DNA of 64,000 bases from Epiperipatus broadwayi (lineage: Eukaryota > Animalia > Onychophora), in contig JAQFVV010000001.1 in the NCBI GenBank assembly GCA_028023455.1, positions 33,170,001 through 33,234,000 on the forward strand. The letters are read 5' to 3'. Position numbers and translations under genes: made by a program. How positions within the stretch are numbered: position 1 is the stretch's first letter; every line of letters starts with the position of its first letter. The notes under the pieces were generated by a model. That model was not told where the DNA came from. It saw only the letters and a program-made list of their open reading frames with translations, and made no database searches. Shown one piece after another: positions 1-12,149 of the stretch.

Positions 1-395
1 CTGTAAAGTAATGATCTCTAAAGTCCGCGGTCCTTTTCTTCCCTTTCCTTCCCAATAACACACTACTCCTTTTTTTTTCTTTTCTTTGTCCTCAATAAAA
101 AAAAAAGTTCTTTTCTTTTACACCTTTTAACTTCGCATTTTCTTTTATCGGATTCATACGCCACTGATTGGGTCTTCTATTGTTTCAAAATATCAACTCG
201 ACCAGTTCTAAGAATTCTGACAGACAGAATCATTAAGTGAAACTACCCGCAGCAACCACTTCATTCTATTTCTGTAGCTCTATAGGTTCAACGCATTAAC
301 TAAGAAACACGTGTCACCAGCCATATTATTAAAAGTGTAGAATTTAAACATTAACGACAACAAAATATATACGTATAACACATAACAAATTTATA

Positions 396-633
396 CAACT
401 CCGATAATTACCCTCTCGTCAATCTCACGTATAACCGTTAATACTCATACACACCTTATAATAACACACAACTATATTTGCAGACCTACAGTCCAGCCTT
501 ACCTTCACACTCTTTGTAACAGGGTTCGAATGACTTTATATATATCTTTTCGCATATACACAGTCAATTCATATCAACACTCGCAATTAACACTATATTG
601 CATTATCTCTTGTATTCGAACCCGTCTGTTACA
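396..633 (-). repeat. 3' LTR-like repeat (alignable part)
   Basis: Aligns by eye with 2153-2411 with scattered substitutions and indels; ends ...cccgtctgttaca on the plus strand. Confidence 0.75.
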
Positions 634-643
634 TACCCCCCTG
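634..643 (-). promoter_or_regulatory. Polypurine tract
   Basis: Minus strand CAGGGGGGTA lies immediately 5' of the TGTAAC LTR start. Confidence 0.7.
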
Positions 644-701
644 GTACAATAGCCTTCAAATACCTTCTGTGTATTTGAATGGCTTCTTAAACGACTCTTC
701 C

Positions 702-1805
702 CTATCCTTTATTCCCTTCGGTACCACCTTTCTGTTTCGGTGGCCACGGTCCCTTTCCCTGGTCGAACTTTGGTTTATCTGGCGGACGACGAGTTTCCGG
801 TTCCTATTGCCATCTCAGTCTATGACTATCGTCACCACCTTTTCTATGCATGGCGTCCCCACTAGCATGTCCTTCTTCCATCCCAAACTTAATACTTTGC
901 TGATCTTGAACTTCCTTCCCTCGCTCCAATGGTATGTTTTGGTCATATATTCTCATGTCCAGAGCATTAAGCAGCTCTGCCACTTCTCCGATGGATGCCT
1001 TCCTCACCCCCAACATCATTCTTTCTACATTCATAGGTATATTGTGCCTTACAATTCGAATGATATGGCTTTCTGATAAACGACACGCGTCCAGTGTCCT
1101 CAGTCTCGCCACTTGGCGATGAAAGAACTGAGAAATTTTCTTTCTTCCCTTCCTCATATTTCTCTCGCATCACTTGGTATTGCACAAGTTCCTGGCGGTC
1201 TTCCGACCAGAAAGTCCCTTGTATCCTTTTCTGGCACCTTTCGAAGGTTGTGGGCTGTTGGGACAATGAGTCCCACCACGCTTGGGCGTTCCCGCTTAGA
1301 TGACTGTACACTACTACTAATTTACCCCCCTCTGGCATGGGATTCATGCCAAAGTATCTTCATAGGCTTTGCAGATGTTCCACGGGAGCTTCCCTCATTT
1401 GGCCTTCAAACTGCCGTATCTTTAAGAAGTGGTTCACGTGGGTGTGTACTGCCATATCCATACATTTACTCGTATACTCCGGTCTTTCAGTCTCACCAGC
1501 CTTCGGCTTGTTTTATATTCTTCTCTCTTTCATCTAAACCTCCTACTTCTTTATCGTCAGACTTCTCCGCCCTTTCCTTGCTTTCATCTCCATTTTCCTT
1601 ACATCCCCCCTTTTTTTTGCCTACCTTTGCTTTCTATCCCCAGTCTCCATTCTATCTCCTGAAATCTCAGTTCGAACCTCTCGTCCATTTCCTGAAATCG
1701 GAATTCTAGACTTTCTAATTTTTTTAAAATCCTCTCCATTACATTTACTTCTTTCTCTTCCGTCACCTTCTGTTTTTCCCCTTTCTGTTTATTTTTTGGC
1801 TTCAT
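702..1805 (-). pseudogene. Retrotransposon gag/capsid (Ty3/gypsy, Arc-like CA motifs), disrupted by frameshifts and stops
   Basis: Joined minus-strand frames: coiled-coil N-terminus (1599-1805), then FEGQMREAPVEHLQSL*RYF...KLVVVYSHLSGNAQAWWDSL...TFERCQKRIQGTFWSEDRQ...KY / ISQFFHRQVARLRTLD...IIRIVRHNIP. This matches the LxGxAxxWW...FWSxxxQ capsid pattern. Confidence 0.8.
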
Positions 1806-2152
1806 TTTCTCTATTACTATTTTAATTACGTACCAGGTTCGTCACCCCGGCTTCCAGTGGTCCACTGCATGACCCACCTGATAGACCTTCATCCCTCAGT
1901 ATTATCATATGGAACGATATTGTTTTATAATATCCCAATGTTGATAAAATTCTTAAACCCCTATTTTATAAACCATGACTATATATATATCACAGAACAG
2001 ACATCAACGCTATTTTCCCCTCTGACCACTTGAGAACTTTCTACACGTATACCCACACCTCGCAAAATATGTCAATATTTAACTATATTTTCAATATGTG
2101 TTTAAACTGTTTCTGTTTTCTCTATCGCTTTTTTTTTTTAAATAAAATTCTC

Positions 2153-2411
2153 CAACTCCGTGTATAATTACCTCTCATCAATCTCACATATAAACGTTAA
2201 TACTTATACACACCTTATAATAACACACATACAACTATACACAGACCTACAGTCCAGCCTTTAACAGATTACGTATTACTTTCACACTCTTTGTAACAGG
2301 GTTTGCATGACTATATATATCTTTTCACATATACACAGTCGATCCATATCAACACTCGCAATTAACACTCTATATTGCATTATCTCTTATATTCGAACCC
2401 CGTCTGTTACA
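2153..2411 (-). repeat. 5' LTR-like repeat
   Basis: Second copy of 396-633. Confidence 0.75.
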
Positions 2412-3317
2412 CTATATAGATTACATTTAATTGCCATTAATCTATTAATGTAAACAAGCCTCTTGAATTTATGAACATACTTAAATATTATTAACATTGA
2501 TCAAAATAAGATGGTCTAAAATTTTACTAAAGGAGCATATTTACTATTCATTCACTTTCTTGGAAAAAACAATGAATAGTTAGGTGTGAATTTTAACTTA
2601 CTTTGCTGCAAAATTTTGCCATACTTTGTGTACTTTTTTTTTTTATATAATAAAAAATATTTTTAGTAATATTTAATACAATACATTCCATAAAAACAAA
2701 ACAAAATTTGAAATATCTCTTCATTTTGAATAGATTAAGAATATGAATATATTTTTACTAATAAAATGTCATCTTAATAGTATGAATCGAATGGTTATAG
2801 GTTCAAGAAACTGTTGTGTTGATAAGTAGATCAACTTAGATAACATCTTTGTTACAAATAGGAATGAATCCTGAAAAATGAAATTATTTAAAAAAGCTGT
2901 AGGATTGTTTGTTGTGGAAGCCAATCAGTAACTTTTAGCAATCGTGGTAATAGGTTAGTTATGTTACTAAATGATATGAAAAAGATTCCACATAAAGTTA
3001 CGAAAACCTTTTTTTTTTTTTGTCACTTGACTGCAAATTAAATGTGGAGAATATCATAATTGCAGCTATTAGTGGCATAAATGCCTTAAGTTATATATAT
3101 AAAACTAGGCATGATATTTGCTTATTATATCTAGGTATTCATTCCAGTAATAAATAGGATATTATCGGGTATTTTTTAAATTGATCATGACTTAAATAAA
3201 TAGATGATGATATTACAGTGGAAAAAATGTTAAATTAATATTAAGTATTATGAATAGTTATTAAGTTAGTAATGCTATATCTTTATGCGTAATATAGATG
3301 GGTGATATTATTTAGTG

Positions 3318-6117
3318 CAGCGCTTCTTAAACTTTTTTCATTCATGACCCCTTTTTATCATCAAGATTTTTTCGCGATCCCAGATATTAAATATAAAATA
3401 GATAGAAATAAATATTCCATAAATAATTTATTTCGTTGGTAAACAACATGTGTATATGAAAATAAGTAGTTTTAGGATTTGTTTTAAGTGTACAAAAATT
3501 AATGAAAGAAAATCACGTTTAATGAGACAGATGTGCTTGTTTTTTGCTGCATAACAAATTAAATCTTGGTGAAATATTTGATACTGCTGACCGTAAAGCA
3601 TCTTCAACGTTTTTCAGCATCGAACGATATTTGGATTTAATATACATTAAAGCTAAAAAAGTCATTTCACATAAGTTATGGTGCTGAATGGTAGAAGAAC
3701 ATTTAATGCCATTTCAGAAATTGTGGGAAATTCAGTCCTAGCTCTAATCCAGAATTGAGTCAAGGATTTTTGTGGAAAGTCAAGTTTTAAGTTTGAGTCA
3801 CTCGATAGCTTAGCAAATTCCTCTTGGGCTAAATTTATATGTCAGGTGTTTAATCTCATTAATGTCAATCAAAAATGGTCTTTGAATCCAAGATAACTTT
3901 TTGAATTCTAAATTTGATATAAAGTATTTGCAAAACTGTGTTTCTAGGGCTTTTATGTGATCTATAATAATTTTTGCAATTAAAGTTTTACAATTATTTT
4001 TTTCAATTATAAAATTGTCGATAGTCGAAAACATTTCCAATGAATCATTTTCCACCATATTCTTCCAAATGTTGATCTTTTTAATAAAACCTTCAATTTA
4101 ATCATTCAAAGTAAAAATATTGCTATTTTTTCCTTGAAGAGACAAGTTAAGAGCTTCTCAAAAATAGCACAGCTTTGATAGCCATAAGTCATTTTGAAAA
4201 AGAGCAGCAATATCAGATTTTTGTTCGTTTAAAAATACAATAATTTCTTCTTTTAATAACAATAATCTTAAACTTTGCCCTCTTGACATCTTTGTTGTAT
4301 TCAGAGTCCATGTCTTTACAAAGATTTGAAAATTAATGGCTTTTAATAAAGTTTATAATTTTGACAGCATCCTGAAGCACATTGTTCAATTCTGTTGCTA
4401 ATTTTTTTGCTGCAAGGTCCTCTCCATGGATCACGCAGTGTGTAAAAGTTACATGATTATTACCAGAAGCTTTAACAAATGATTTAAAACCAATATTTTC
4501 ACCAATCATTGCTTTTGCACCATCTGTGCAATTTTTCCATTCTAAACCTTCAGTTTTAAAAAATTTGTCTATTATATATGTCTTTATGTTCTTCCAAAAA
4601 ATGACAAAATAATTCTTCCTGCATGTTTTCTTTATAAATGTATCTGACATATAGTAATAATTGAGCTATTTTTGAAATGAAAGTTGCTTTGTCCAACTGA
4701 ATTGTAAATATTGGGCTTTCTTTAAATCTAGTAATAAGTTGCTCAAATTGGTCAATGCTAGCTAATTTAAGAAATTCTATTAGTGACAGTGTCATTTGAC
4801 AAAGGAATTTTCCGAATTTCATCATTATATTTACTTCTGCGAAGTATTTCTACCATTTTAATAGCAGCAGATAATATAAGATCTCCAATGGTGTATGGCT
4901 TTTTATTTTTAGCAATCAGATATGAAGCTTCATATAATATGAGTAAATATTTTTCATTAACAGTTATAATTTTTTCAAAATATTGTTTTTCTTTATTTGA
5001 AGTTTTTAACAGTCGTAAATATTCTTTTGGTTTATTGACATATGAAGGATGCTTGGATTCAAAATGCCTTTTTAATTTTGATGGTTTCATACTCTCCATA
5101 GACAAAACATTATTGCAAATTAAATAAAGAGGTTGTTCATTACCATCACAGTTGTTAAAAGTAAAGCCAAATTGGAGAAATGTCTCATATTTTCTTTTTT
5201 GCATCTTAGATGCCTTTTTCTGATTACGAGATCATAACTTCAAGAGACTTTGTAGCATGGCCATCTGCATCATTACCTTTGGTGCTCAAATTCAACCATT
5301 TATCCATGGGTAAAAAGTATTTTTATCCTAAAATATAAATAAAATAACAGTACTTATTAGTTAGCAGAGAGACCAAGAGGCAGCCATGTTTTTGTTTAAT
5401 TATATGAAGCTTATTTATTCCCGTATGTTCTATTTTTTAATATCCCCATATGTTTTATTTTTTAATATTTAAAAAATTTCAATAAATCAATTATAAATTA
5501 CCTGTTAAGTTTAAAAACTAGGAATATTTTTTTACTTGTTAGTAAATAAATGACAATTTCAAATAAAAAATAAATTTTTATAATAACTAATAGGATGATA
5601 AATTTTGAATAAAAAAGTGAGAAAAAAAGTACACAAGCATTTTTATATATAAAAAATAACATCTTTCATAATATTTATTCAAATAAATACTAACCTTAGT
5701 CGACCAAAACAGTAAAATACAATATTGTATTGTTCTTGCGATGTGGACACTTATTGAAATGAAACCAAAACAAATTACTTGACCGGAAAAGCATTATATA
5801 ATCACAGTGGTGCCAGCCTTATTTTAGGCACTACAGCATATGTTTTGATTCTGAAAATAACATATGCTGAATTTGCAATGCGACACCACTATTATGATGC
5901 ATTTAGTGTTATTTTTCAATATGTAAATATAATTTATAGCTCAATTTGACCATCATTACGATTTTATAATTGTGCTTTAAAGAAAATGTAATATATTAAA
6001 TTAAAGATAATGAGGGGATTGTGACTAATATTTTTTTAAATTCACGTATCTGAATTAAATTTTCACTACTCCAACATTTCACTTCGTTACCTGCGACCCA
6101 CAGTTTACCAAACGCTG
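3318..6117 (-). mobile_element. hAT (Buster group, ZBED5/SCAND3-like) DNA transposon, full length, decayed
   Basis: TIRs CAGCGCTTCTTAAACT / AGTTTACCAAACGCTG; perfect 8-bp TSD ATTTAGTG at 3310-3317 and 6118-6125; transposase fragments inside. Confidence 0.95.
3519..5307 (-). pseudogene. Buster-type hAT transposase pseudogene
   Basis: MDKWL start; MKPSKLKRHFESKH, KKPYTIGD, IPLSNDTV, FTIQLD, CTDGAKAM, THCVIHGEDLA motifs; C-terminal QAHLSH*; many stops and frameshifts. Confidence 0.9.
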
Positions 6118-6789
6118 ATTTAGTGTATTTATATAAAACTGTTTTATAAGATCCAGTGAATATATGATTGTGATCTGTTTGTAATGTGTCGACATTGAAG
6201 CCATGAAACAGTTCTATCAGTTCTGCATCATGACTTATGATTACTACAAAGTTTTTCGTCTTGGAGAGTTATATATTATTTACAAGAATATATATGTTGT
6301 ATGCAACTAATTATTGGTGCAAGGAAAGCTACAAGAATTCTCAGATCTGAATTGGAGATCAATTAAAGTTGTCTTATCTCAGCAAGATGACAGATGCTAA
6401 AAAGCAAAATCTTTAAAATATGAATTGACATATTTTGTGGAATTTTTTATTATTTTGCATTATCATATGCCATCAGATCATATATCCACAATATATAAAG
6501 AAATATTTCAATTAATTATGAGCGTCAATTATATATAATAAACTATGTCATTGAACAAACTGATTATTTTTTTTATATTTTTAATATTGATGGAATGTGT
6601 TCATGTATGTATTAATCATTAAACTCAAATGAACACAATATACTTATATATATGTAAATATTCTTTGTTATTATTTATAAATTTGTGCATTGAAGTTATT
6701 ACATTTTAAATAAAAAGCATTGGTGTTATTAAAATGGACAATTTTTAATTATTAATTATCCTGTTTTAAGCATCAGAAATATTTATTAA

Positions 6790-7120
6790 CAAAATAATTA
6801 AAATTATCATCCGATAACTATGAGTATTAGCTGATTATTGCTTAAGTATTTGGAAATTTTGTCCAATATTATATTGAGCTTGACAATTTATAATGGAAGA
6901 AAAAAAATTGGATAACAATAGTGAGGTAAATGAAAAGATTGAAGGAATAGACCAAGGTAATAATTTTTGGAAGATATTCAAGAACTTATCAGTTATCAAG
7001 AACTTTATATTGGAAATAATATATTAGTTAAAAAAAGATAGGCTGCTTATCGACTTTTGGACTGAGAAAATAATTTATTAAATTTTTGTTTTTAGTCTAT
7101 AAATATATCTCGCAGGATGC
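6790..7120 (+). mobile_element. Possible very old LINE RT remnant
   Basis: Degenerate NYHPITMSIS*LLLKYLE resembles the NYRPISLL...K.LE RT motif; no other clear motif. Confidence 0.25.
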
Positions 7121-7249
7121 TATCCATATAGGCATTTTTATATAGAAGTCTTTAATTTGATTAATGATTTAACTTTAGGCACAAATCATCTAGAGTAATT
7201 ATTGCTTTGTTTGCCATAATTTGATGTTTTTAAATAACACTTGTAGACT

Positions 7250-7787
7250 ATAAACATCACATGATCACAATTTCTTATGCTTGCTTATAACTATTATTAA
7301 AACAGGCAAAACTTTATACGTACTGCCACTCACCATTTCTTATGCTTGCTTATAACTGTTATTAAAACAGGCAAAACTTTATACGTATTGCCACTCAGTG
7401 CAAGCCAGAGTAATCAATGGATGCCAGAAGGCTTGTGCATCCCCATCTAGGGCCTACTCTTCCAATATCCCCAGATTAGTTTCTGGCTTGTGATCTGCGT
7501 CAGTGAGGAGCCTTGGATCTGAATGTTTTCAATTTAAGACTCATAGTTTTGTAGTTAATTAGAGATAAAAGGTGACTGCTGGAGGGTTGCATTAGATCCT
7601 AAGAACTAGGTGCAGTGCTCTCAGATCCAAGGCTCCTCATTGACAAAGGCCACAAGCCAGAAACTAGTCTGGGGATATTGAATGAGTAGACACTAGATGG
7701 GGATTTTATGCACAAACCTTATGGCATCCATTGATTATTCTGGTTTGCACTGAGTGGCAATATGTATAGAGAGTTTTGCCTGTTTTA
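7250..7787. mobile_element. Hammerhead-repeat family A insertion (inverted pair of Penelope pLTR/retrozyme-like arms), degenerate
   Basis: Arms ~7250-7531 (minus) and ~7532-7787 (plus) are homologous to 31089-34852. TSD ACTTGTAGACT / ACTTGTAGGCT at 7239-7249 and 7788-7798. Internal ~65-bp tandem duplication in the left arm. Both ribozyme cores are mutated (7468-7509, 7634-7675). Confidence 0.85.
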
Positions 7788-9421
7788 ACTTGTAGGCTGT
7801 ATATACATTTATATTTTAAGGGGTGAAAAGTTATTTTGTAAGAATCTCATTTTTTTAAGAATATGCATACATTTTTAGTTTTTCTGACTTTATACCTCAA
7901 CTCTTTATTCTGCACTCAGTTATGATTGTTTATGCTAGGCTTACTGTTATTTATGATTGTCAGAGAAAGTCTACTACAAATATTGAATTCATGAATGTTG
8001 GGAACAAGTTATTGCAGAGATTGACAGATTGTTAACTTATTTTTGTAAGATGGGATTTCAATTTAAAAAGATTAAAAAAATTCATTTATTTTTTAATATT
8101 TGTCTGTTAGCACAAAAGAAAAAGAAAATATTTATAATGCTGAAGGTAATTGAAATTAGAAATTATAATTTATTTCTGTGTGGACAAGTACTTGAGAGGT
8201 CAAATAATTTTTGAATACTGAAATGACTGATGAGAGTTTTTCATTTCTTGAATTTATACTCAGTTGGAAATTTGTGATATTTTTAAAATAAAAATTAATT
8301 AAAACATCATTTGATCTTACCTTACATTTTAATGAAAAGGATGTTTATTTTTATTTAAAAAATTTTTTTTTTACAATGATACTAAATAATTTTTATCAAT
8401 TAAGCAAGTATTAAAAATTATTAAGAAAAAGTTTGATTTTATTTGTAAAAATTTTTGTAATATTTTATACCGATAAATGTAATTATTTGATAGTACTATA
8501 AAATTATAATTACCCCAAAAATTTTCCATGCTGTATTGTATGCTATATTGGTACATTATGAGAATTAGATTTTTTTAAAAATGAGCTATGTGAATCCAAT
8601 TTCTCTGCTGCTTAGTATTGATTAGGCATATATAAATTTTTATAAAGACATCAATTATTTGCCATTGCAATGATGTTCTTATATTTTCATCATCCAAATT
8701 TAAATGAAAGATTATTTTCAATAAACAGATACTTCATAGAGAACAATTTTCTGAAGTTTCTTGCTAATTTTTAAGCAACCAAACTAAAGTTAATATGCCA
8801 TTCATCATAATATATGAAAATAATTGCACTCAGTATTGATAAATATATTAAAAAAAATGAGAGAAATTACATAAAAAATATTAAGATAAAAATAAATAAC
8901 TGGAATGATTTACTTGTAAATGAAAATAATAAATCTAGTTATAAATGATTTATTTAGTTTATTATTCACAGTTATATAAACTAATTAAAATATAAATTGA
9001 GCAAATAAAAAATATAAATCGAGCAGATAATTTCATTTTGAAAGAAAAATTACAAAATAGTTGATATATGTCATCAAAATGGTTTATTTGTTAAAATTAA
9101 CAATTGAAATTGATGAAAAAATAAAACTTTTCATGTTTGTGACATTGTGGACTCAAATTTGGTGATGCTTAGAATTGTTTTGGATTCTAAGAAATTATTG
9201 ACTAAATGATAATTTTTTAATACTTAGAAAATTTTGACAGCACAATTTTTGAAATAGTCAAATTATGTAATCAAAATTATTTTTTCATAAATGAATATCC
9301 CTGTCCCCCCAATCATATAACAACAAACTATTGACATATCCAATGTAAAATATTTGTAATATTAATTTTTAACCAATATCACATTTCAGGAAACACATTT
9401 TTCTTAAACCATATCCTACAA

Positions 9422-10274
9422 CAGTGGTGCCCAACCTTTAACTTGACGCGAGCCAGTTGAGAATTTAAAAAAATTTGGGGAGCCACAATTATATATTACA
9501 TTTATAAACATGGTACTTGGGTACTAAACCTGCAATGTAGGGAGATAGGTGGGGGGGGGGATGGCCTATTCACATTGGTATCAATCCGCCGTTTCTAATG
9601 TGGCCAAAATAACGTGTACACGGATCTTTCTCGATGAAAACATCAATATATACAGCAAAATATATATGTGTACACGAATCTATCTCGATAAAAACTATTT
9701 ACAGCACTAAACATCAATATATATATACAGCAAAATATATACGTGTACATGGATAAAAACAACTGTTTACAGCACTAAACATCGATATATACAGCAAAAT
9801 ATATACGTGTACATGGATCTATCTCGATAAAAACTATTTCCAGCACTAAACACAATATATATACAGCACCAAACCAAACGTCTACAAGGATCTTTCTCGA
9901 TAAAAACAACAATATATACAAGAGCACTAAACACAATATATATATATAGCACCAAACCAAACGTGTACAGCAAAAAAAAAAAATGGTGTAATATGTTAAA
10001 AAGAAAAAAAAATGTAAATACATTTTATTTATTAAAAATTTGGTAACATACATATAAATTACAATTACAGGAAAAATATATTTTATTTAATGTGAAACCT
10101 GACACTGCATATCGTTATTGTTTGTATTGTAAAAATGTTTATTTTTTAGTGTGTGCATGTGCCATCAAGGAACATAAAATATTTTATCAATTTTTTTGAA
10201 GAGTGCAATTCGTGCCACATTAAACAGTTACGCGAGCCACATGTGACTCGCGAGCTACGGGTTGGGCATCCCTG
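9422..10274. mobile_element. Non-autonomous Buster-type hAT element (853 bp)
   Basis: TIRs CAGTGGTGCCCAACCT / GGGTTGGGCATCCCTG; perfect TSD TCCTACAA at 9414-9421 and 10275-10282. Confidence 0.92.
9612..9970. repeat. Irregular minisatellite inside the hAT MITE
   Basis: About 5-6 imperfect units built from ACGTGTACA, GGATCT(T/A)TCTCGATAAAAAC, CAGCACTAAAC and ATATATACAGC modules. Confidence 0.85.
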
Positions 10275-10440
10275 TCCTACAAGATAGGATTTATTAAGCA
10301 CGATCTTCTGAAATTTATCACATAACCAAAGTTTACATTATGTGACATAGAGATAGTGAAAGAAAATTTTTTAATTTTTCTGGTACATTGTTTAATTTTT
10401 ATTTTGTGAATATTTTTTTCTAATAGTTAATTTTATTTCT

Positions 10441-10760
10441 CTATATATGCCTCTATATCCAACTAATAAGTCTAGAATGAAATATTAAACATGAAGTTAT
10501 TTTTCAGGTGTCAGGTATGTTAATTCTATGAATTTTATATTTACATCCTATGAAAACATTTACTGGATTTCATGTTTAATTTTGCTTATTTCTTATTTTT
10601 TAAATAAACATTAAGTTTGCTAATAGCTAATTTTATTACTCTATACATGTGTTCATATTCAACTAATAAGTCTTAAACATCAAGTTATTTCGCAGGTGTC
10701 AGGTATGCTAATTCTATGAATTTTATATTTACATCATATGAAAACATTTAATGGACTTCA
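10441..10760. repeat. Tandem duplication (~190-bp period) containing a paired acceptor/donor motif
   Basis: Two copies of caactaataag...ttattt(t/cg)cagGTGTCAGgtatg...gaaaacattta. Confidence 0.8.
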
Positions 10761-12149
10761 AGTTTGCAAGCATATTATTTCTTACATTGCTCATTTACAA
10801 TAAGCAGAGGAGGATCTTATTCATCACAATTAGTTAAAGAAAACAATATGATGAAAAGGATCTAAATTTCTGTACAATGTAAAAAAACTATTTTTATATA
10901 TTACAGCTATAGCTACATTTTCTTTTTCTAAAATAACCTAGAATTAATATTTGTTCAATTACAGTATATAAGTTTTATGTAATCTAGCATGCTTTCAACA
11001 GTTGTTATATTCTGCTCATTCTATATATATACTATATCAAAAAGTAAAATGTTTTGACTTAACTAATTTGTTGTGGAAAATGACACATTGATTTTTTTAT
11101 GCATCTATTAAAGATGCAATTTTTACAATAACTTAATGCATTATGAAAAAAAAAAAAATTAAACAATCCATAAAAACTAACATACGTATATAAAAAAAAA
11201 AAAATCCTAAAATAAAAAATATAATAATTAGCATAAAATAAAAATTCAAAAATAAAAAAAATTGAAATCTTTTAAAAATTATTTTAAATTTATTTATAAA
11301 TTGATTCATTTAGATATGTTAATTTTAAAATTAAAATGTTTTTAATATTCTGAATATATTATATAGTAATAAGTAACTTAAAAAATGAGGTTATTAAACT
11401 TTTTTCTTTTTTTCTGAAAATAGGGTCTCTGTTCTAGTTTTTCATACATATGTTTAGGGGTCTCCACCCCTAACAAAATGTCAGTTTATTCACTTGCACA
11501 TATATATACATAATGTAAACATTGGATGAAAAAACTTCTATATTGTATATATATTTATTTGGTCAATTTCCTACATAAACTAACATTTTAAAATGTAATT
11601 AAAATTATAAGACAAATATAATATTCTTTTTATAATTAAAAATAGTTTTCTTTCTAAATATTCTTTTTATTAAAACATAAAAACATAATAATTAAAATCG
11701 AACTTACCTCAAACCATCTATCAATTTATTCTAATCATCCATGTACTTAAATTCATAGTTTTTTTTATTCTATAAAAAAAGATTTTTTAAAAATATTTGA
11801 AATCTTCACAACTCAAAAATTACATCTTTTCATTTATCTAGTTTACATTATTTTTTTTTTAAAGTATATTTTGCCAATATATACTATGTATGAAATTGGT
11901 CTTTACAGGTTGTTAAACCTAATGCTGCAGGGAAAGTAACTATTCAAAGAATAAAAAATATGCTTTCCTTGCAGTTCAATTGTCATAAGAGGCATTTCTG
12001 AGAAAGCATAAGAAAACTACTGAAAAAAATTTGTTTAAAGTCATTTGCAATTATTTGAAAAGTTGAAGTTCCCATTTTTGCCAAATAAGATTTTTTTTTT
12101 TGTATTCACTTTGATAAAGGCAAATGTGAACTTAATTTTATCCAAGTTT

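Larger units (their letters stand above)
396..2411 (-). mobile_element. Non-autonomous Ty3/gypsy-like LTR retroelement (two LTR-like repeats flanking a decayed gag, no pol)
   Basis: Direct repeats 396-633 and 2153-2411 both start TGTAACAG on the minus strand. A purine tract AGGGGGGTA abuts the downstream copy, and a gag-like reading frame lies between them. PBS and TSD not established. Confidence 0.8.

Noticed and set aside
177-182. CTAT+TG as the TSD and end of the 3' LTR (matching CTAT at 2412-2415)
   Set aside because: A 4-bp match is expected by chance; 181-395 does not convincingly align to the 5' LTR region, and no PBS follows.
669-1709. Plus-strand ORFs (135 aa, 198 aa and others) as genes
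   Set aside because: They are antisense shadows of the purine-rich gag frame.
6898-6961. ATG-initiated candidate first exon MEEKKLDNNSEVNEKIEGIDQ
   Set aside because: It lies within a probable decayed LINE, has no compatible downstream exon established, and is A-rich low complexity.
9612-9970. Repeat array as CRISPR
   Set aside because: Units are irregular, have no unique spacers and no cas genes, and lie inside a eukaryotic MITE.
9767-10053. ORFs in the minisatellite
   Set aside because: Low-complexity by-products of the repeat.
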